From: Candidatus Omnitrophota bacterium
GTDB taxonomy: Bacteria > Omnitrophota > Gorgyraeia > JAFGGP01
Assembly (NCBI GenBank): GCA_016930485.1
Contig: JAFGGP010000013.1
Coordinates: 217,157 to 281,156, forward strand
Reading direction: 5' to 3'
Length of the DNA stretch: 64,000 bases
This document shows positions 32,514-42,111 of the stretch, one piece after another; position 1 is the stretch's first letter, and every line of letters begins with the position of its first letter. Under the pieces are notes generated by a model that had not been told where the DNA came from, did not search any database, and saw only the letters and a list, made by a program, of their open reading frames with translations. Both the position numbers and the translations under genes were made by a program.

Positions 32514-33860
32514 TTAGCTATTTTTTACTATCCCTCCAAAGACCTCTTGACCAGAGACCCTGTTAACAATAACCTCTTTAATGCCTCCCACATCGTCTCG
32601 ACATGCGTTGCTAACAAGGACCCGTATATACGTCTCGGTATACCCGGAAAAAAGCTGTGTTTTTGCATCCTGTCTTTCCTCGATAAGCACCCCTGCCCTC
32701 TTCCCGAGAAAATCCTCTGCATACAAACGGGCGTACTCTTGGGCCTTTTCTTTTAGGAACCCTGCCCGCTTTTTAACCGCCTGGGCCGATATTCGGTCTG
32801 GTAGATCGGCCGCCCGCGTTCCTTCTTTTGGACTAAAGGGAAAGATATGCATCCGCATCGGCTTCACGTGCTCAAGCAGTTTGACTGTATTGAAAAATTC
32901 ATTTTCTCCCTCGCCGGGAAAACCTACCATAATATCCGTAGAAATCGCGACCTTGGGAATTTTCCTTCGCAACACATCAACTAACGAAAGGTAATAGGCT
33001 GCGCTATATGGACGACGCATCAGCGAAAGTATAGTATCATCCCCGCTCTGAAGAGGAATATGCAGGTGAGGACAAACAATCTTACTTGTCTCTATCGCCT
33101 CAATTAGCTCCCCCGTTACCTGTTCCGGTTCTATCGAACTCAAGCGAATCCGCCCTATTCCCCGAATTCGGGCAAGCGATTTTACCACATCGACAAGCGT
33201 CACCTTGTCCTTAAGATCACGGCCATAGAGCCCCACGCAGATGCCGGTAAGGACAATTTCTTTTATGCCGTGCGCCACCAATCTTTCTGCCTCGGGGACA
33301 ATCTCGTCAAATGGTCTGCTACGCGAAACTCCCCGTACAAAAGGAATCTTGCAATATGAGCAGAACTTACTGCACCCGTCCTGTATCTTGATGAACCCCC
33401 TCGTACGGCCGGCAAATTCACTCACCTGTAATGGGATATATGCGCTCTCCCCTGACGGACTTTTCGGTTGTGTCGCAGTACCGTCTCTATGGTGCGCCCC
33501 GATAACAGACAGGATGCTGCCCTTTAAACAGTTACGCACAGGAACAATACGGTCGCGGCAGGCATACTCGGCAAAATGCTCCTCGATATAACAACCGGTA
33601 ACCACCAAGCGCAGGGTGGGATATCTTTTTAACACAGACTCTATAAATTTTCTGTTTTTTGCCGCGCTCGCCCTCGTAACTGTACACGTATTGACAAGCA
33701 GGAGATCTGCCTGAGAAAGTGCAGTAACAGGTAAATACCCCTTTTTTATCAACAGCTCCCGCATTGCCTGGAGTTCGTATTGATTGACCTTGCAGCCAAA
33801 ATGTTTAACGGCAAACTTCACAATCTCTTGTCCCGTTTCTTTTGATGCATGCTCTATCAT
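32514..33860 (-). CDS. mtaB: radical SAM methylthiotransferase, MtaB-like
   Basis: UPF0004 N-domain FGCKVNQYE, radical SAM CSKFCSYC and a C-terminal TRAM-like region. 448 aa. Confidence 0.8.
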   Translation of the reverse strand: MIEHASKETGQEIVKFAVKHFGCKVNQYELQAMRELLIKKGYLPVTALSQADLLLVNTCTVTRASAAKNRKFIESVLKRYPTLRLVVTGCYIEEHFAEYACRDRIVPVRNCLKGSILSVIGAHHRDGTATQPKSPSGESAYIPLQVSEFAGRTRGFIKIQDGCSKFCSYCKIPFVRGVSRSRPFDEIVPEAERLVAHGIKEIVLTGICVGLYGRDLKDKVTLVDVVKSLARIRGIGRIRLSSIEPEQVTGELIEAIETSKIVCPHLHIPLQSGDDTILSLMRRPYSAAYYLSLVDVLRRKIPKVAISTDIMVGFPGEGENEFFNTVKLLEHVKPMRMHIFPFSPKEGTRAADLPDRISAQAVKKRAGFLKEKAQEYARLYAEDFLGKRAGVLIEERQDAKTQLFSGYTETYIRVLVSNACRDDVGGIKEVIVNRVSGQEVFGGIVKNS

Positions 33861-33869
33861 ACCCTGTCC

Positions 33870-34628
33870 TCATTCAAGTTCGTAACGCAGCATAGCCATG
33901 ATAGCCATGGCCGCTGTCTCACTGCGCAGTATCATACTCCCAAGGCTAACCGGAATGCATCCATTCTGACGGGCGCGGTCAATTTCCCAGTCCTCGAACC
34001 CGCCTTCCGGTCCTACCAGAATGAGTATGTTCTTTCCTTTCCATCCCCGCACAACAGATTTCAAAGGACGTGCGCCCACTTTGAGACACGGTATAAGCGC
34101 CAAATCATACTGATCGCTGCTTTGTGCTATTTCGGTAAATGTGGCCGGCATCATGAGCGTGGGAATGAAAGAGCGACCAGACTGCCGCGAGGCCTCCTGA
34201 ATAATAGTATGCCACCTCGCAAGTTTTCCCCCGTGCACCCCGTCCTTCTCCTGTGTAACAGACCGTTGGGAAAACATCGGAAAAAAGAAGTCAACCCCGA
34301 TCTCGGTGCACTTCTGTAGCGCAAAATCCATCTTCCTCCCCTTGAGAATAGACTGGCAAACAGTCATCGTCACTCTCCCTTTTTCCGGAGGCAGGCTTTT
34401 GACCTCAAGCACCTTGCAGACAATGTGTCCTTCTCGCTCGGCAACCGACACAATCTCTGCAAGCGCCTCTTTTCCATGCCCGTCAAAAAGAGTGACTCTA
34501 TCATGGCAACGCAACCGTAACACATCCAGACAGTAGTGAAAAAGCCTCCTGTCAGTAATGGCCACTTCAACCGCGCTGAGGGAAAAATCGGCGCAGCAGA
34601 TCCTGTGTTTTGTCTTTTTCCTACTCAT
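33870..34628 (-). CDS. rsmE: 16S rRNA (uracil1498-N3)-methyltransferase RsmE
   Basis: PUA-like N-terminus plus a SPOUT C-terminus (ILILVGPEGGFEDWEI...SLGSMILRSETAA). Confidence 0.85.
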   Translation of the reverse strand: MSRKKTKHRICCADFSLSAVEVAITDRRLFHYCLDVLRLRCHDRVTLFDGHGKEALAEIVSVAEREGHIVCKVLEVKSLPPEKGRVTMTVCQSILKGRKMDFALQKCTEIGVDFFFPMFSQRSVTQEKDGVHGGKLARWHTIIQEASRQSGRSFIPTLMMPATFTEIAQSSDQYDLALIPCLKVGARPLKSVVRGWKGKNILILVGPEGGFEDWEIDRARQNGCIPVSLGSMILRSETAAMAIMAMLRYELE

Positions 34629-36633
34629 CGTTTTCTTTGCCTCCTCCGCCGCGAAAACTCAAGGCCGCCAATTCATCGCGCGCCTGGGCGAAATGACCGT
34701 CCAACCGGAGGGTCTTGAGAAGCTCGTCCCTCGCATCATTATACCGCCCTTCTATCAGGTAACAGCGTGCCAGATTGTAGTGACTGGCAGGATTTGCCGG
34801 ATCGCGACCTATTGCCTGCTGAAAGTATGCGCCGGCTACGGCATAATCTCCTTGCAAGACCCACAATGTCCCCAATTCATGATAAATGAGTGCCAGACCC
34901 GGTGCTATCTTCTGTGCCTCCTCGTAGAAAAAAATGGCGTTGTCATACTGTTTGATAATGGTGAAAAATCGCCCGAGGCTTAAGTAGCCAATCGGGAATG
35001 CCCTCTTGCGCATCCCAAAATACTTCACGGTAATAGCCGATGTATCTAGCAACGAAAGGTCTCTATGCGCACCTTCCGTTGCCTGGCGCGTTGCGGTTGG
35101 CGTCGGTTTTTCAAATATGCAGGCGGTATCATCAAGATACACAAGATTCCATCCCTCCCGGTACAGATATCTGAGCGGAATAAGAGAATCCTCCAGGCCG
35201 TGATGCAGGAGAACCGTATCGATCTGATAACTGCTGAGCAACCTCCCATATGCCTCATCATCGCTGCACGCCTCGATATATTCCGGAAAAATGTCGGTCT
35301 CGTATAGTTCGGTCCTCCCGTCGATAAACGGCCTGAAAGAGGGGTAGCCCCGCCAAAGGATATAGCCTCCGAGTGAAAGATTATTAAATAAAACGCGCTC
35401 TTTCTTCTCTCCCAACAGAAAGGTAAGCGCTCCTTCCGGATACGTTACAGGGCTGAGGCCCAATCCCAATTTATTGTGGGAAAAAATATCCGTGAGATAC
35501 CCATTGCCTACTATCCAGCCCGTGCCGGCTACAAGAATACAGAGGGACATTCCTATGCATATGGCGCTCCCTATTCTCATACTGCGTCTTGCACATACCT
35601 CTCTATTCTGTCGAAAATAACCTTCAAGGTTGTGCCCCGTCACCATAACAGCGACGAGAGAAAAAAGGGCGATATGCCGCATCATGCTTACCGAAAGCCA
35701 AAAGACAAACAAGAAAAAGAAAAGTAGATCCAGACGCATCCGTCTTATATCGGCTATAAAACTTGCCGCGGCGCCAAGCGCCAGAAAATGCAAAAGCTCC
35801 CGCTTGTATACATAATGCGCATGAACCAGGTGTCCCTCATAAAAGGGTTTGAGCTCAGAGATATGCCGCCCCACCATGCCAGTATGCCGTGCCGCATGGT
35901 ATATCCGCCCAAGCGGATAGAGCAACTGGTGATAGCCATACGGGCCAATGCACCCCGCCGCGACTGTCGCAAGCCACACCATAACAAGTTGCCCTAACCA
36001 CGCCCCCTCCGGTACATCATCCCCTGCAGACACCGACAATATCACTACACGAAGTCTGCGAAACAGCTGATCAAACAGGAAAAGCGTGACCATCCCAATA
36101 CCAATCAGGGAATAACCGTGAAGATTCGTCCATACCGCCTGCAGTACCGGAAAAAAATAAACGAGCCTGCCTTTTTTCTTCGGTGACTCCATCATAAGCA
36201 ATAGATACAGTGCAACGAAAAAGAGCGTGAACACCTCCGGTCTTATCAATAACCTCTTTTCAGAGAGAATAATCGAACACAATGCGAATAAAACCGTCAG
36301 GAATCGCGCGGTGGACGTCCTTGCTATATAAAAAATCATGCCGTAACTTGCGGTAATAAGGAGCACCTTGAACAGAATAAGCCCCGCCACCCCGCCCAAG
36401 GAATAGATGACGGCAAATAATACCTGGGAAAGCCACTCGTGATTTATCCATTCCCTTCCCGAGGCAGTCTCGCTGTATATATCACGATGCTGGATAGCAC
36501 CTGATCGCAGAATATCGCTCCCTGCCCTCAGATGAAACCAGATATCAAAATCAAGCATCGTATGTGCAGCGATCAGCGCAACAAAAAAGAGCGTTGCCAC
36601 AACGAGCGCTCTTTCACCGTATTGAGACATCAT
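34621..36633 (-). CDS. polytopic membrane protein with C-terminal TPR repeats (GT-C-like glycosyltransferase suspected)
   Basis: More than 10 hydrophobic helices. DFDIWFHLRAG follows the first helix, then a soluble linker (FIDGRTELY) and TPR repeats. Paralogous to the upstream gene. Start taken at MMSQYG (the track ORF starts at 36702). Confidence 0.75.
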   Translation of the reverse strand: MMSQYGERALVVATLFFVALIAAHTMLDFDIWFHLRAGSDILRSGAIQHRDIYSETASGREWINHEWLSQVLFAVIYSLGGVAGLILFKVLLITASYGMIFYIARTSTARFLTVLFALCSIILSEKRLLIRPEVFTLFFVALYLLLMMESPKKKGRLVYFFPVLQAVWTNLHGYSLIGIGMVTLFLFDQLFRRLRVVILSVSAGDDVPEGAWLGQLVMVWLATVAAGCIGPYGYHQLLYPLGRIYHAARHTGMVGRHISELKPFYEGHLVHAHYVYKRELLHFLALGAAASFIADIRRMRLDLLFFFLFVFWLSVSMMRHIALFSLVAVMVTGHNLEGYFRQNREVCARRSMRIGSAICIGMSLCILVAGTGWIVGNGYLTDIFSHNKLGLGLSPVTYPEGALTFLLGEKKERVLFNNLSLGGYILWRGYPSFRPFIDGRTELYETDIFPEYIEACSDDEAYGRLLSSYQIDTVLLHHGLEDSLIPLRYLYREGWNLVYLDDTACIFEKPTPTATRQATEGAHRDLSLLDTSAITVKYFGMRKRAFPIGYLSLGRFFTIIKQYDNAIFFYEEAQKIAPGLALIYHELGTLWVLQGDYAVAGAYFQQAIGRDPANPASHYNLARCYLIEGRYNDARDELLKTLRLDGHFAQARDELAALSFRGGGGKENDE

Positions 36634-39070
36634 CGTCCCTTTCTGCACCCCCCTCTCGCAAGAGTCCCTCGGCCTTGTCTCTAAACTCCCTAAGGAGGGC
36701 ATTATCCGGTTTTATCGCTAACGCCTTATCCCATACAGCAAGCGCCTCCCGGTATCTCCCCTGCTCGGCATAAAGGGTTCCCAGATTGCGTAATGCGAGG
36801 AAGGACCGCTCGTCCCTTTGTAACACCCGTTCAAACTGCTCCTGGGCCTGCACATATTCCTTAAGCTCGGCAAGGATAACCCCCCTGTGCGTTCCCAGCA
36901 GTGCCGAATCCGGAAAAGAGTTCAATCCTTTTTCATAGACAGCCAGGGCCTCCCGCAGGCGTCCGTTTTCATAATACAGTTTTCCCGCCCTGTGAAATAT
37001 CACCTCTGACTGAGGCGCACACTCAACACCCTGGAGGTAGACACGCAAGGCCTCATCCGGCATCTTTTCGGCTGCTAATGCGTCTCCCAGCTGGATAAAA
37101 AAACCAGGGGGTCGCTCACCGTAATAGGCCTCTAGCAATACCGCTTCTTTCTCTTTAAAAAACTGCATCCGCCGGCGGATAATCCTGTCTGTCTGCTTAA
37201 GCCACCGATCGCCCGGTCTGAGCGCCAGGGCCGTCTGCAGGGCCCCCAAGGCCGCATCATACTCGAGCAAAGAGGCATAGAGAACCGCCATGTGGTGGTA
37301 AACCGATACAAGTCGCGGCTCTAGCTCTAAGGCCTTTTTATAACAGTAAAGGGCATTTTCATGAAAACCCAATGCGGTAAAAAAATCGGCAAGGCGGAGG
37401 TACGGCCACGGACAGGGCCGTTTCTTCAGACCGCTCGAGTATGTTGCAATCTCTGCCGGCGTATACTCAGGAAAAAACCGTGCAGGATCTATTTTGTACT
37501 TTTGTATAAGCGCTTCATGGCCGCGATCCTTCTTTACAAAAATGGCCGCTGTATCATCAACATAAATCAGTTCCCAGTGGACATCCTGAAAAAGCGTAAT
37601 CAAAGCAGACCACGAAACTCCAAAGTGATGATGAATAAAGGCGAGATCGAAATCGTATTTCTCTTGCCATCTGTGCCACACATCGCGATTGAGATGTATA
37701 TACTCATCCAAGAATTCCGGTGAATAATACTCCGTCCGACCGTCTATAAACACCTGCCGCGGATACAGCTGCCCTATCAGATAAGAACCAAATGCTGATG
37801 TGTTAAATAGCCTGCCCTGCCGACAGTTTTCCTTAAAGAAGGCCGCGGCCCGCAGGGGGTACATGATGTGCGAGACGCCAAATCCAAAACGGGCCGGGTG
37901 GTTGGGAAAATAATACCCATCAGCGAGGATGTGCGCACCAAACACAAAAGCAGGCAACGTCAAACACAGTGAAATAAGGGGGTCTTTCACCCAACGAACA
38001 GACCTCAGATACCAGCGGTTGCGGCTGCTTTCGCTAAACTGGGTCGCATCTTCCCAATTCTGGATATATGCCCACAGGGCAACGATAGCAAAAAGGTCTA
38101 TATGTCGCCTCATCGAAAACGCAAGATATAAACTCGCGCTGAAGATCAAAAAAAGGGAGAGGCGAAACCTGCGTATGGTTGCCAAAAAACTGACGGCGGT
38201 TAGAATAAAAAGACAGTGAAAATAGAAAAAGGTTACTGGTCTTTTGCTGAGCATACCCTCCACCAGCGGAGAAAGCTCGGTAATATACCGAATTGAGTCC
38301 TTTGCATGGAAATACGTATTGGCAATGACCCGAAACGGATAGAGCGCCCCTTCGAGAAAATAGGGATTGAGCAAACAGCAACCGGCAAGCACAAGACCCA
38401 GCATGCCCAACCGTCTGAGATCGCACAACTCCAGACAAGGTGTTGTACCACGTTTGTTGTGTATACACATCCACCGTGATAGCGACTCCCCGAGCACAAA
38501 ACAACTCACCATGACAGGACCGATAAGAAAGTACCCGTGCATATTTACCCACAGGATCTGGATGACCGGCAGTATATATAACGCGTGCGATTTTTTTCGA
38601 TAGCAAAACCGGAGCAGGCTGTACAGAAAAATACTGGTAAACAATAAAGAGAAGATGTGGGGCCGTACCAGAAACCGCGGCTCTGAGGCAACAAAGGCGG
38701 CACTCAGCATGGCGCACGTCACAAACAGATGCTCTTTTCGGGCAAAACCCACTATTAGAAAAAATGCCCCGCATAGCGTGATATACTTCAGCATAATAAG
38801 GGCAAAAGCGCCGCCGAGGCGATAGAGAGTGAAAAAGAGTATCTGCGACAGCCATTCCATATTTATCCAACGTACGCCATTGAGGGTATAGACATAAGGG
38901 TCGTTATAAATGAAAGCCCTGTTCTTAAGAAGCAGTTCCCCTGTTTTCAGGTGAAGCCAGATATCTAAATCGTAGATATCGTGGGCCGCAAAAATAAAAA
39001 GTAGAACTGCCAAGAGACTAAGCACACAAAACGATACGTATGAAACCGGCTTCTCTTTCATGTGTATCAC
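36614..39070 (-). CDS. polytopic membrane protein with C-terminal TPR repeats (paralog of 34621-36633)
   Basis: Same architecture as its paralog: DLDIWLHLKTG after helix 1, WINMEWLSQILF, FIDGRTEYY and a longer TPR tail. 818 aa. Confidence 0.8.
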   Translation of the reverse strand: MIHMKEKPVSYVSFCVLSLLAVLLFIFAAHDIYDLDIWLHLKTGELLLKNRAFIYNDPYVYTLNGVRWINMEWLSQILFFTLYRLGGAFALIMLKYITLCGAFFLIVGFARKEHLFVTCAMLSAAFVASEPRFLVRPHIFSLLFTSIFLYSLLRFCYRKKSHALYILPVIQILWVNMHGYFLIGPVMVSCFVLGESLSRWMCIHNKRGTTPCLELCDLRRLGMLGLVLAGCCLLNPYFLEGALYPFRVIANTYFHAKDSIRYITELSPLVEGMLSKRPVTFFYFHCLFILTAVSFLATIRRFRLSLFLIFSASLYLAFSMRRHIDLFAIVALWAYIQNWEDATQFSESSRNRWYLRSVRWVKDPLISLCLTLPAFVFGAHILADGYYFPNHPARFGFGVSHIMYPLRAAAFFKENCRQGRLFNTSAFGSYLIGQLYPRQVFIDGRTEYYSPEFLDEYIHLNRDVWHRWQEKYDFDLAFIHHHFGVSWSALITLFQDVHWELIYVDDTAAIFVKKDRGHEALIQKYKIDPARFFPEYTPAEIATYSSGLKKRPCPWPYLRLADFFTALGFHENALYCYKKALELEPRLVSVYHHMAVLYASLLEYDAALGALQTALALRPGDRWLKQTDRIIRRRMQFFKEKEAVLLEAYYGERPPGFFIQLGDALAAEKMPDEALRVYLQGVECAPQSEVIFHRAGKLYYENGRLREALAVYEKGLNSFPDSALLGTHRGVILAELKEYVQAQEQFERVLQRDERSFLALRNLGTLYAEQGRYREALAVWDKALAIKPDNALLREFRDKAEGLLREGGAERDDDVSIR

Positions 39071-39087
39071 TGCCTTCGGGAAGTAAC

Positions 39088-40587
39088 TTAGCGGATCTCG
39101 TCCTCTGAAAAGGACTCTGTGGTGTAGATATATAACTCGGCACCCCTTGTGAGGGCGTCACGGGAAAGGCCCGCCTTATCGACCAAACAGTGCTCGATAA
39201 ACTCTTCTTTAGACCACCCTGTCTCGGCCGCAACCTCGGGAAGAAACGTCCCTGAACGAAATCCCTGTCTAATATAAATACCGTGTGTTCCCAATATCAC
39301 ATCGTCAGGTGAGGCAACCCGTTTAAGCGGCGAAAGCACGGAAATATGTATATGGATAGCATCAATTTCTTCCGGCCTGACCGGACGAAAACGCGTATCC
39401 CGTACCGCGGCGGCAATGGCCATTTCCCGCACCACCTCATAGAGGGGGCGATCGGCGATAAACTGGCCGATACAGCCCCGGAGCACCCCGTTTTCCTTGA
39501 GTGTCACAAACGCACCGGAGTGCACCGTCAGCGCCGGATCCGCGATGCTGATCTCAAGCCTCTTACCCGTTGTTACATACTCTCTGATGGAGTCGCGGGC
39601 TATCTCTAGCAGCCTCTGTTTTTGGGCCCTGGTAAAAACGCCCTCCTCCTCATGTCCCCCAGTTATCCTGCCGTCGGGCCGCTTTACAAATGCAATAGCG
39701 GCATAACCGACAACCCGCGTCTTGTCCCCCTGCGTATCGCCCGAATTGGCATGCTGCAGTATGATGCCCTCGGTGATGCCAATCTTCTCTGCCATCAACA
39801 TCAGTGTAATCATCCCGGAAAGTCCGCACATCTCGTTTTTTCTCTGGAGACACCTTGTGTATAACTCATTCCACTGCATGCCCCTTATATACTCGAGCGT
39901 GCTCTGATCCATCTTATTCGCCGTATCATAGGGATAATAATGCGACAGATCTGTACTCACCAGAAAGAGCAGTTTCTTCTCCCTTGATAAGGCAAGCAAG
40001 GCATCGCTTAAGGCAGTACACGTCTGGAACGACTGATCGCCTATGACAATCGGGACAATCGGGGTATCGGGCATCACTACCTGGAGAAACGGCAGCTGCA
40101 CCTCAAGCGAGTGCTCTTTTTTATGCGCCAGCGGCTCAAAGTGGAAGCGACTGCTCATAGACTCGAGTTTCCTGCTCAGCCCCCTGTCAACGCGCACGAT
40201 ACCCAGCGGCGTCTGGTAGTCGCCGATGCTATAAATCGACGCACCCGGAAAATCATAGTGATGGGACGGGGCCATAATGACTACCGCGTCGAAGTCCATA
40301 TTCCTGATCAGGGCGTATCCCTGCGCCGCTATGCCACCCGAATAGATATACCCAGCATGGGGAACGGCAAGACCAAAAAGCTCACCATCCACAGGGGTGT
40401 CGTGCGCCTGGGATAAAAAACCCTCTACGGTATCCCGCAGGATTTTTGGATCGGCGGGATAAAAAGTTCCGCTTACCACAGGCCTTCGTATAGTCCGCGT
40501 CTCATCCGATGCCCCAGACGTACACTGAACAGTAAAAAAACAAAGCGCCAAAATAGCGCCTAATAATAAAAGAAAGTGTCTTTTCAT
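39088..40587 (-). CDS. Memo-like (AmmeMemoRadiSam B) / AMMECR1 (A) fusion protein with N-terminal signal peptide
   Basis: N-terminal MKRHFLLLLGAILALCFFTVQCTSGA. Memo motifs SGTFYPADP, VPHAGYIYSG, EHSLEVQLPFL and STDLSHY, then the AMMECR1 motif LRGCIGQF...GTFLPEV. AGAGG lies 5 nt upstream of the ATG. Confidence 0.9.
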   Translation of the reverse strand: MKRHFLLLLGAILALCFFTVQCTSGASDETRTIRRPVVSGTFYPADPKILRDTVEGFLSQAHDTPVDGELFGLAVPHAGYIYSGGIAAQGYALIRNMDFDAVVIMAPSHHYDFPGASIYSIGDYQTPLGIVRVDRGLSRKLESMSSRFHFEPLAHKKEHSLEVQLPFLQVVMPDTPIVPIVIGDQSFQTCTALSDALLALSREKKLLFLVSTDLSHYYPYDTANKMDQSTLEYIRGMQWNELYTRCLQRKNEMCGLSGMITLMLMAEKIGITEGIILQHANSGDTQGDKTRVVGYAAIAFVKRPDGRITGGHEEEGVFTRAQKQRLLEIARDSIREYVTTGKRLEISIADPALTVHSGAFVTLKENGVLRGCIGQFIADRPLYEVVREMAIAAAVRDTRFRPVRPEEIDAIHIHISVLSPLKRVASPDDVILGTHGIYIRQGFRSGTFLPEVAAETGWSKEEFIEHCLVDKAGLSRDALTRGAELYIYTTESFSEDEIR

Positions 40588-40598
40588 AAGGACCTCTT

Positions 40599-40769
40599 TT
40601 AACCGGCGAGGTTATCGTAATAACGCGCCTCTTTGCGGTCCTCATTGCGAACAGGCGTGCTGTCCCGCCCCAGTAAGTCGCGCACGCGCGCCAGCGCTAA
40701 AGACCACACAGTGACGTAGAAAGCACCGGCAGCCTTGATGAGAAACTCACGCCGTGTCATCTTGTCCAT
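40599..40769 (-). CDS. 56-aa protein consisting mainly of a twin-arginine (Tat) signal
   Basis: MDKMTRREFLIKAAGAFYVTVWSLALA matches the Tat consensus (S/T)RRxFLK plus a hydrophobic region and AxA. AGGAGG lies 6 nt upstream of this ATG. Sits between the rSAM and Memo genes. Confidence 0.65.
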   Translation of the reverse strand: MDKMTRREFLIKAAGAFYVTVWSLALARVRDLLGRDSTPVRNEDRKEARYYDNLAG

Positions 40770-40894
40770 AGCATACCTCCTGAATAAGCGGATCATTTAC
40801 CCAACGCAGGAAACACAACGCAGAGGTCACAGGCCATCTGCGCAAAAAATTCTGCCTCTTTTTGGCGGTGCATCCCGTGCATCTCGGTCTCATC

Positions 40895-41872
40895 TCAATC
40901 ATACCACAAGCCATGGATTTTGGTATTACAAAAGCGGCATGCATCGCCCTTCAGATTATACTGAGTCACCCGATATCCGGACCTTCCCACGATAACCCTG
41001 CCGCAACTCTCGCAGTACGTCTGCTGGGCCTGTACATCGTCAATGTTTCCGATGTAGACGTAGTGCAGTCCTTCATCCATGGCAATCTCCCGGGCCGACT
41101 GCAGCGTATGAAGCGGCGTCGGGGGAAGATTCTGCAACTGATACTGCGGGTAAAAACGGGAAAAATGGAGTGGAGTCTGACGGCCCATATGCTGCGCAAT
41201 CCACCGACACATCTGCCGTATCATCGTTGGTTCGTCATTGAGCGTCGGCACGATCAAATTAGTAATCTCGACCAAAATCCCGCTGTCCTTCATTGCCACA
41301 AGGGTATCCAGCACCGGGCCCAGCCTGCCTCCGGTAACCGACTCATAGAACTCTTCGGAGAACCCCTTAAGGTCTACATTCGCACCGTCGATATAGGGGG
41401 CAATTTCTTTAAGCGGTTCGGTATTTATGAAACCGCAGGTAACCAGTATGTTCGCAAGCCCCTTCTGGTGCGCCAGTACCGCGGTGTCGTAGGTATACTC
41501 ATAAAAAATAATCGGATCACTGTAGGTATAGGCTATCGAACGGCACCGTTCACTCATGGCCTGTGCCACCACCTCCTCAGGCGCCAGATCGACATTGCGT
41601 GTCTCCTCGGGGTAGGCCTGGGAAATCTGCCAATTCTGACAATACTTGCAACTCAGGCAGCACCCTGCCGTTGCTATGGAAAAACTGCCGCTGCCGGGGT
41701 ACATATGAAACATCGGTTTTTTCTCTATCGGGTCCACATGGACGGCGCATGGCTTTCCATATACAAGGGTATACAGCTTCCCTTCCTGATTGACGCGAAC
41801 CCTGCACCGGCCGCGTTCATAGTCGCGCATCCGGCATGCATGGGGACAGAGTGTGCACTGGACCAGAGACAT
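40895..41872 (-). CDS. AmmeMemoRadiSam-system radical SAM enzyme
   Basis: N-terminal CTLCPHACRM...GRCRVR, the radical SAM cluster CCLSCKYCQNWQIS and a C-terminal Cys4 ribbon (CESCG...CRFCN). Start taken at MSLVQC (the track ORF starts at 41962). Confidence 0.88.
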   Translation of the reverse strand: MSLVQCTLCPHACRMRDYERGRCRVRVNQEGKLYTLVYGKPCAVHVDPIEKKPMFHMYPGSGSFSIATAGCCLSCKYCQNWQISQAYPEETRNVDLAPEEVVAQAMSERCRSIAYTYSDPIIFYEYTYDTAVLAHQKGLANILVTCGFINTEPLKEIAPYIDGANVDLKGFSEEFYESVTGGRLGPVLDTLVAMKDSGILVEITNLIVPTLNDEPTMIRQMCRWIAQHMGRQTPLHFSRFYPQYQLQNLPPTPLHTLQSAREIAMDEGLHYVYIGNIDDVQAQQTYCESCGRVIVGRSGYRVTQYNLKGDACRFCNTKIHGLWYD

Positions 41873-41880
41873 TATATCGC

Positions 41881-42111
41881 CTACCTCTCCAGAGTCTGAT
41901 ACCACCGGGCCTCGCGCGGAATCAACCCCTTCTGTAAGGCATCCTGAAACCTGCGTTCCCACTGTGCCCTGTCATAGAAATCCGGGGACGTCTGTACCGA
42001 AAAAAAAGCACCGGTAATATCATACAGCAGATGGACCGCAAGAAGGCCTACTATCATACATGTATATATCACCGCGATGTAGCCGATCTTGGGCGAAGTA
42101 CTATATCGCAT
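41881..42111 (-). CDS. 76-aa single-pass membrane protein, function unknown
   Basis: MRYSTSPKIGYIAVIYTCMIVGLLAVHLLYDI plus a charged tail. It fills the gap between the polyferredoxin gene stop (42101) and the rSAM start (41872). The longer 162-aa track ORF overlaps the upstream gene out of frame. Confidence 0.45.
   Translation of the reverse strand: MRYSTSPKIGYIAVIYTCMIVGLLAVHLLYDITGAFFSVQTSPDFYDRAQWERRFQDALQKGLIPREARWYQTLER

Noticed and set aside
38034-38870. 278-aa minus-strand ORF in an alternative frame inside the 818-aa membrane/TPR gene
   Set aside because: It lies completely inside a gene whose frame is supported by paralogy with the neighbouring gene. Its product is Cys/Arg-rich with no motifs.
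40862-41899. 345-aa plus-strand ORF, and the other long plus-strand ORFs such as 24650-25303, 5183-5698, 62491-63072 and 23795-24328
   Set aside because: Each lies antisense to a minus-strand gene with unmistakable family motifs (rSAM, dnaE, lipoprotein, TPR). Their translations are low-complexity or Arg/Ser/Pro-rich with no recognisable domains, which is typical of shadow ORFs.
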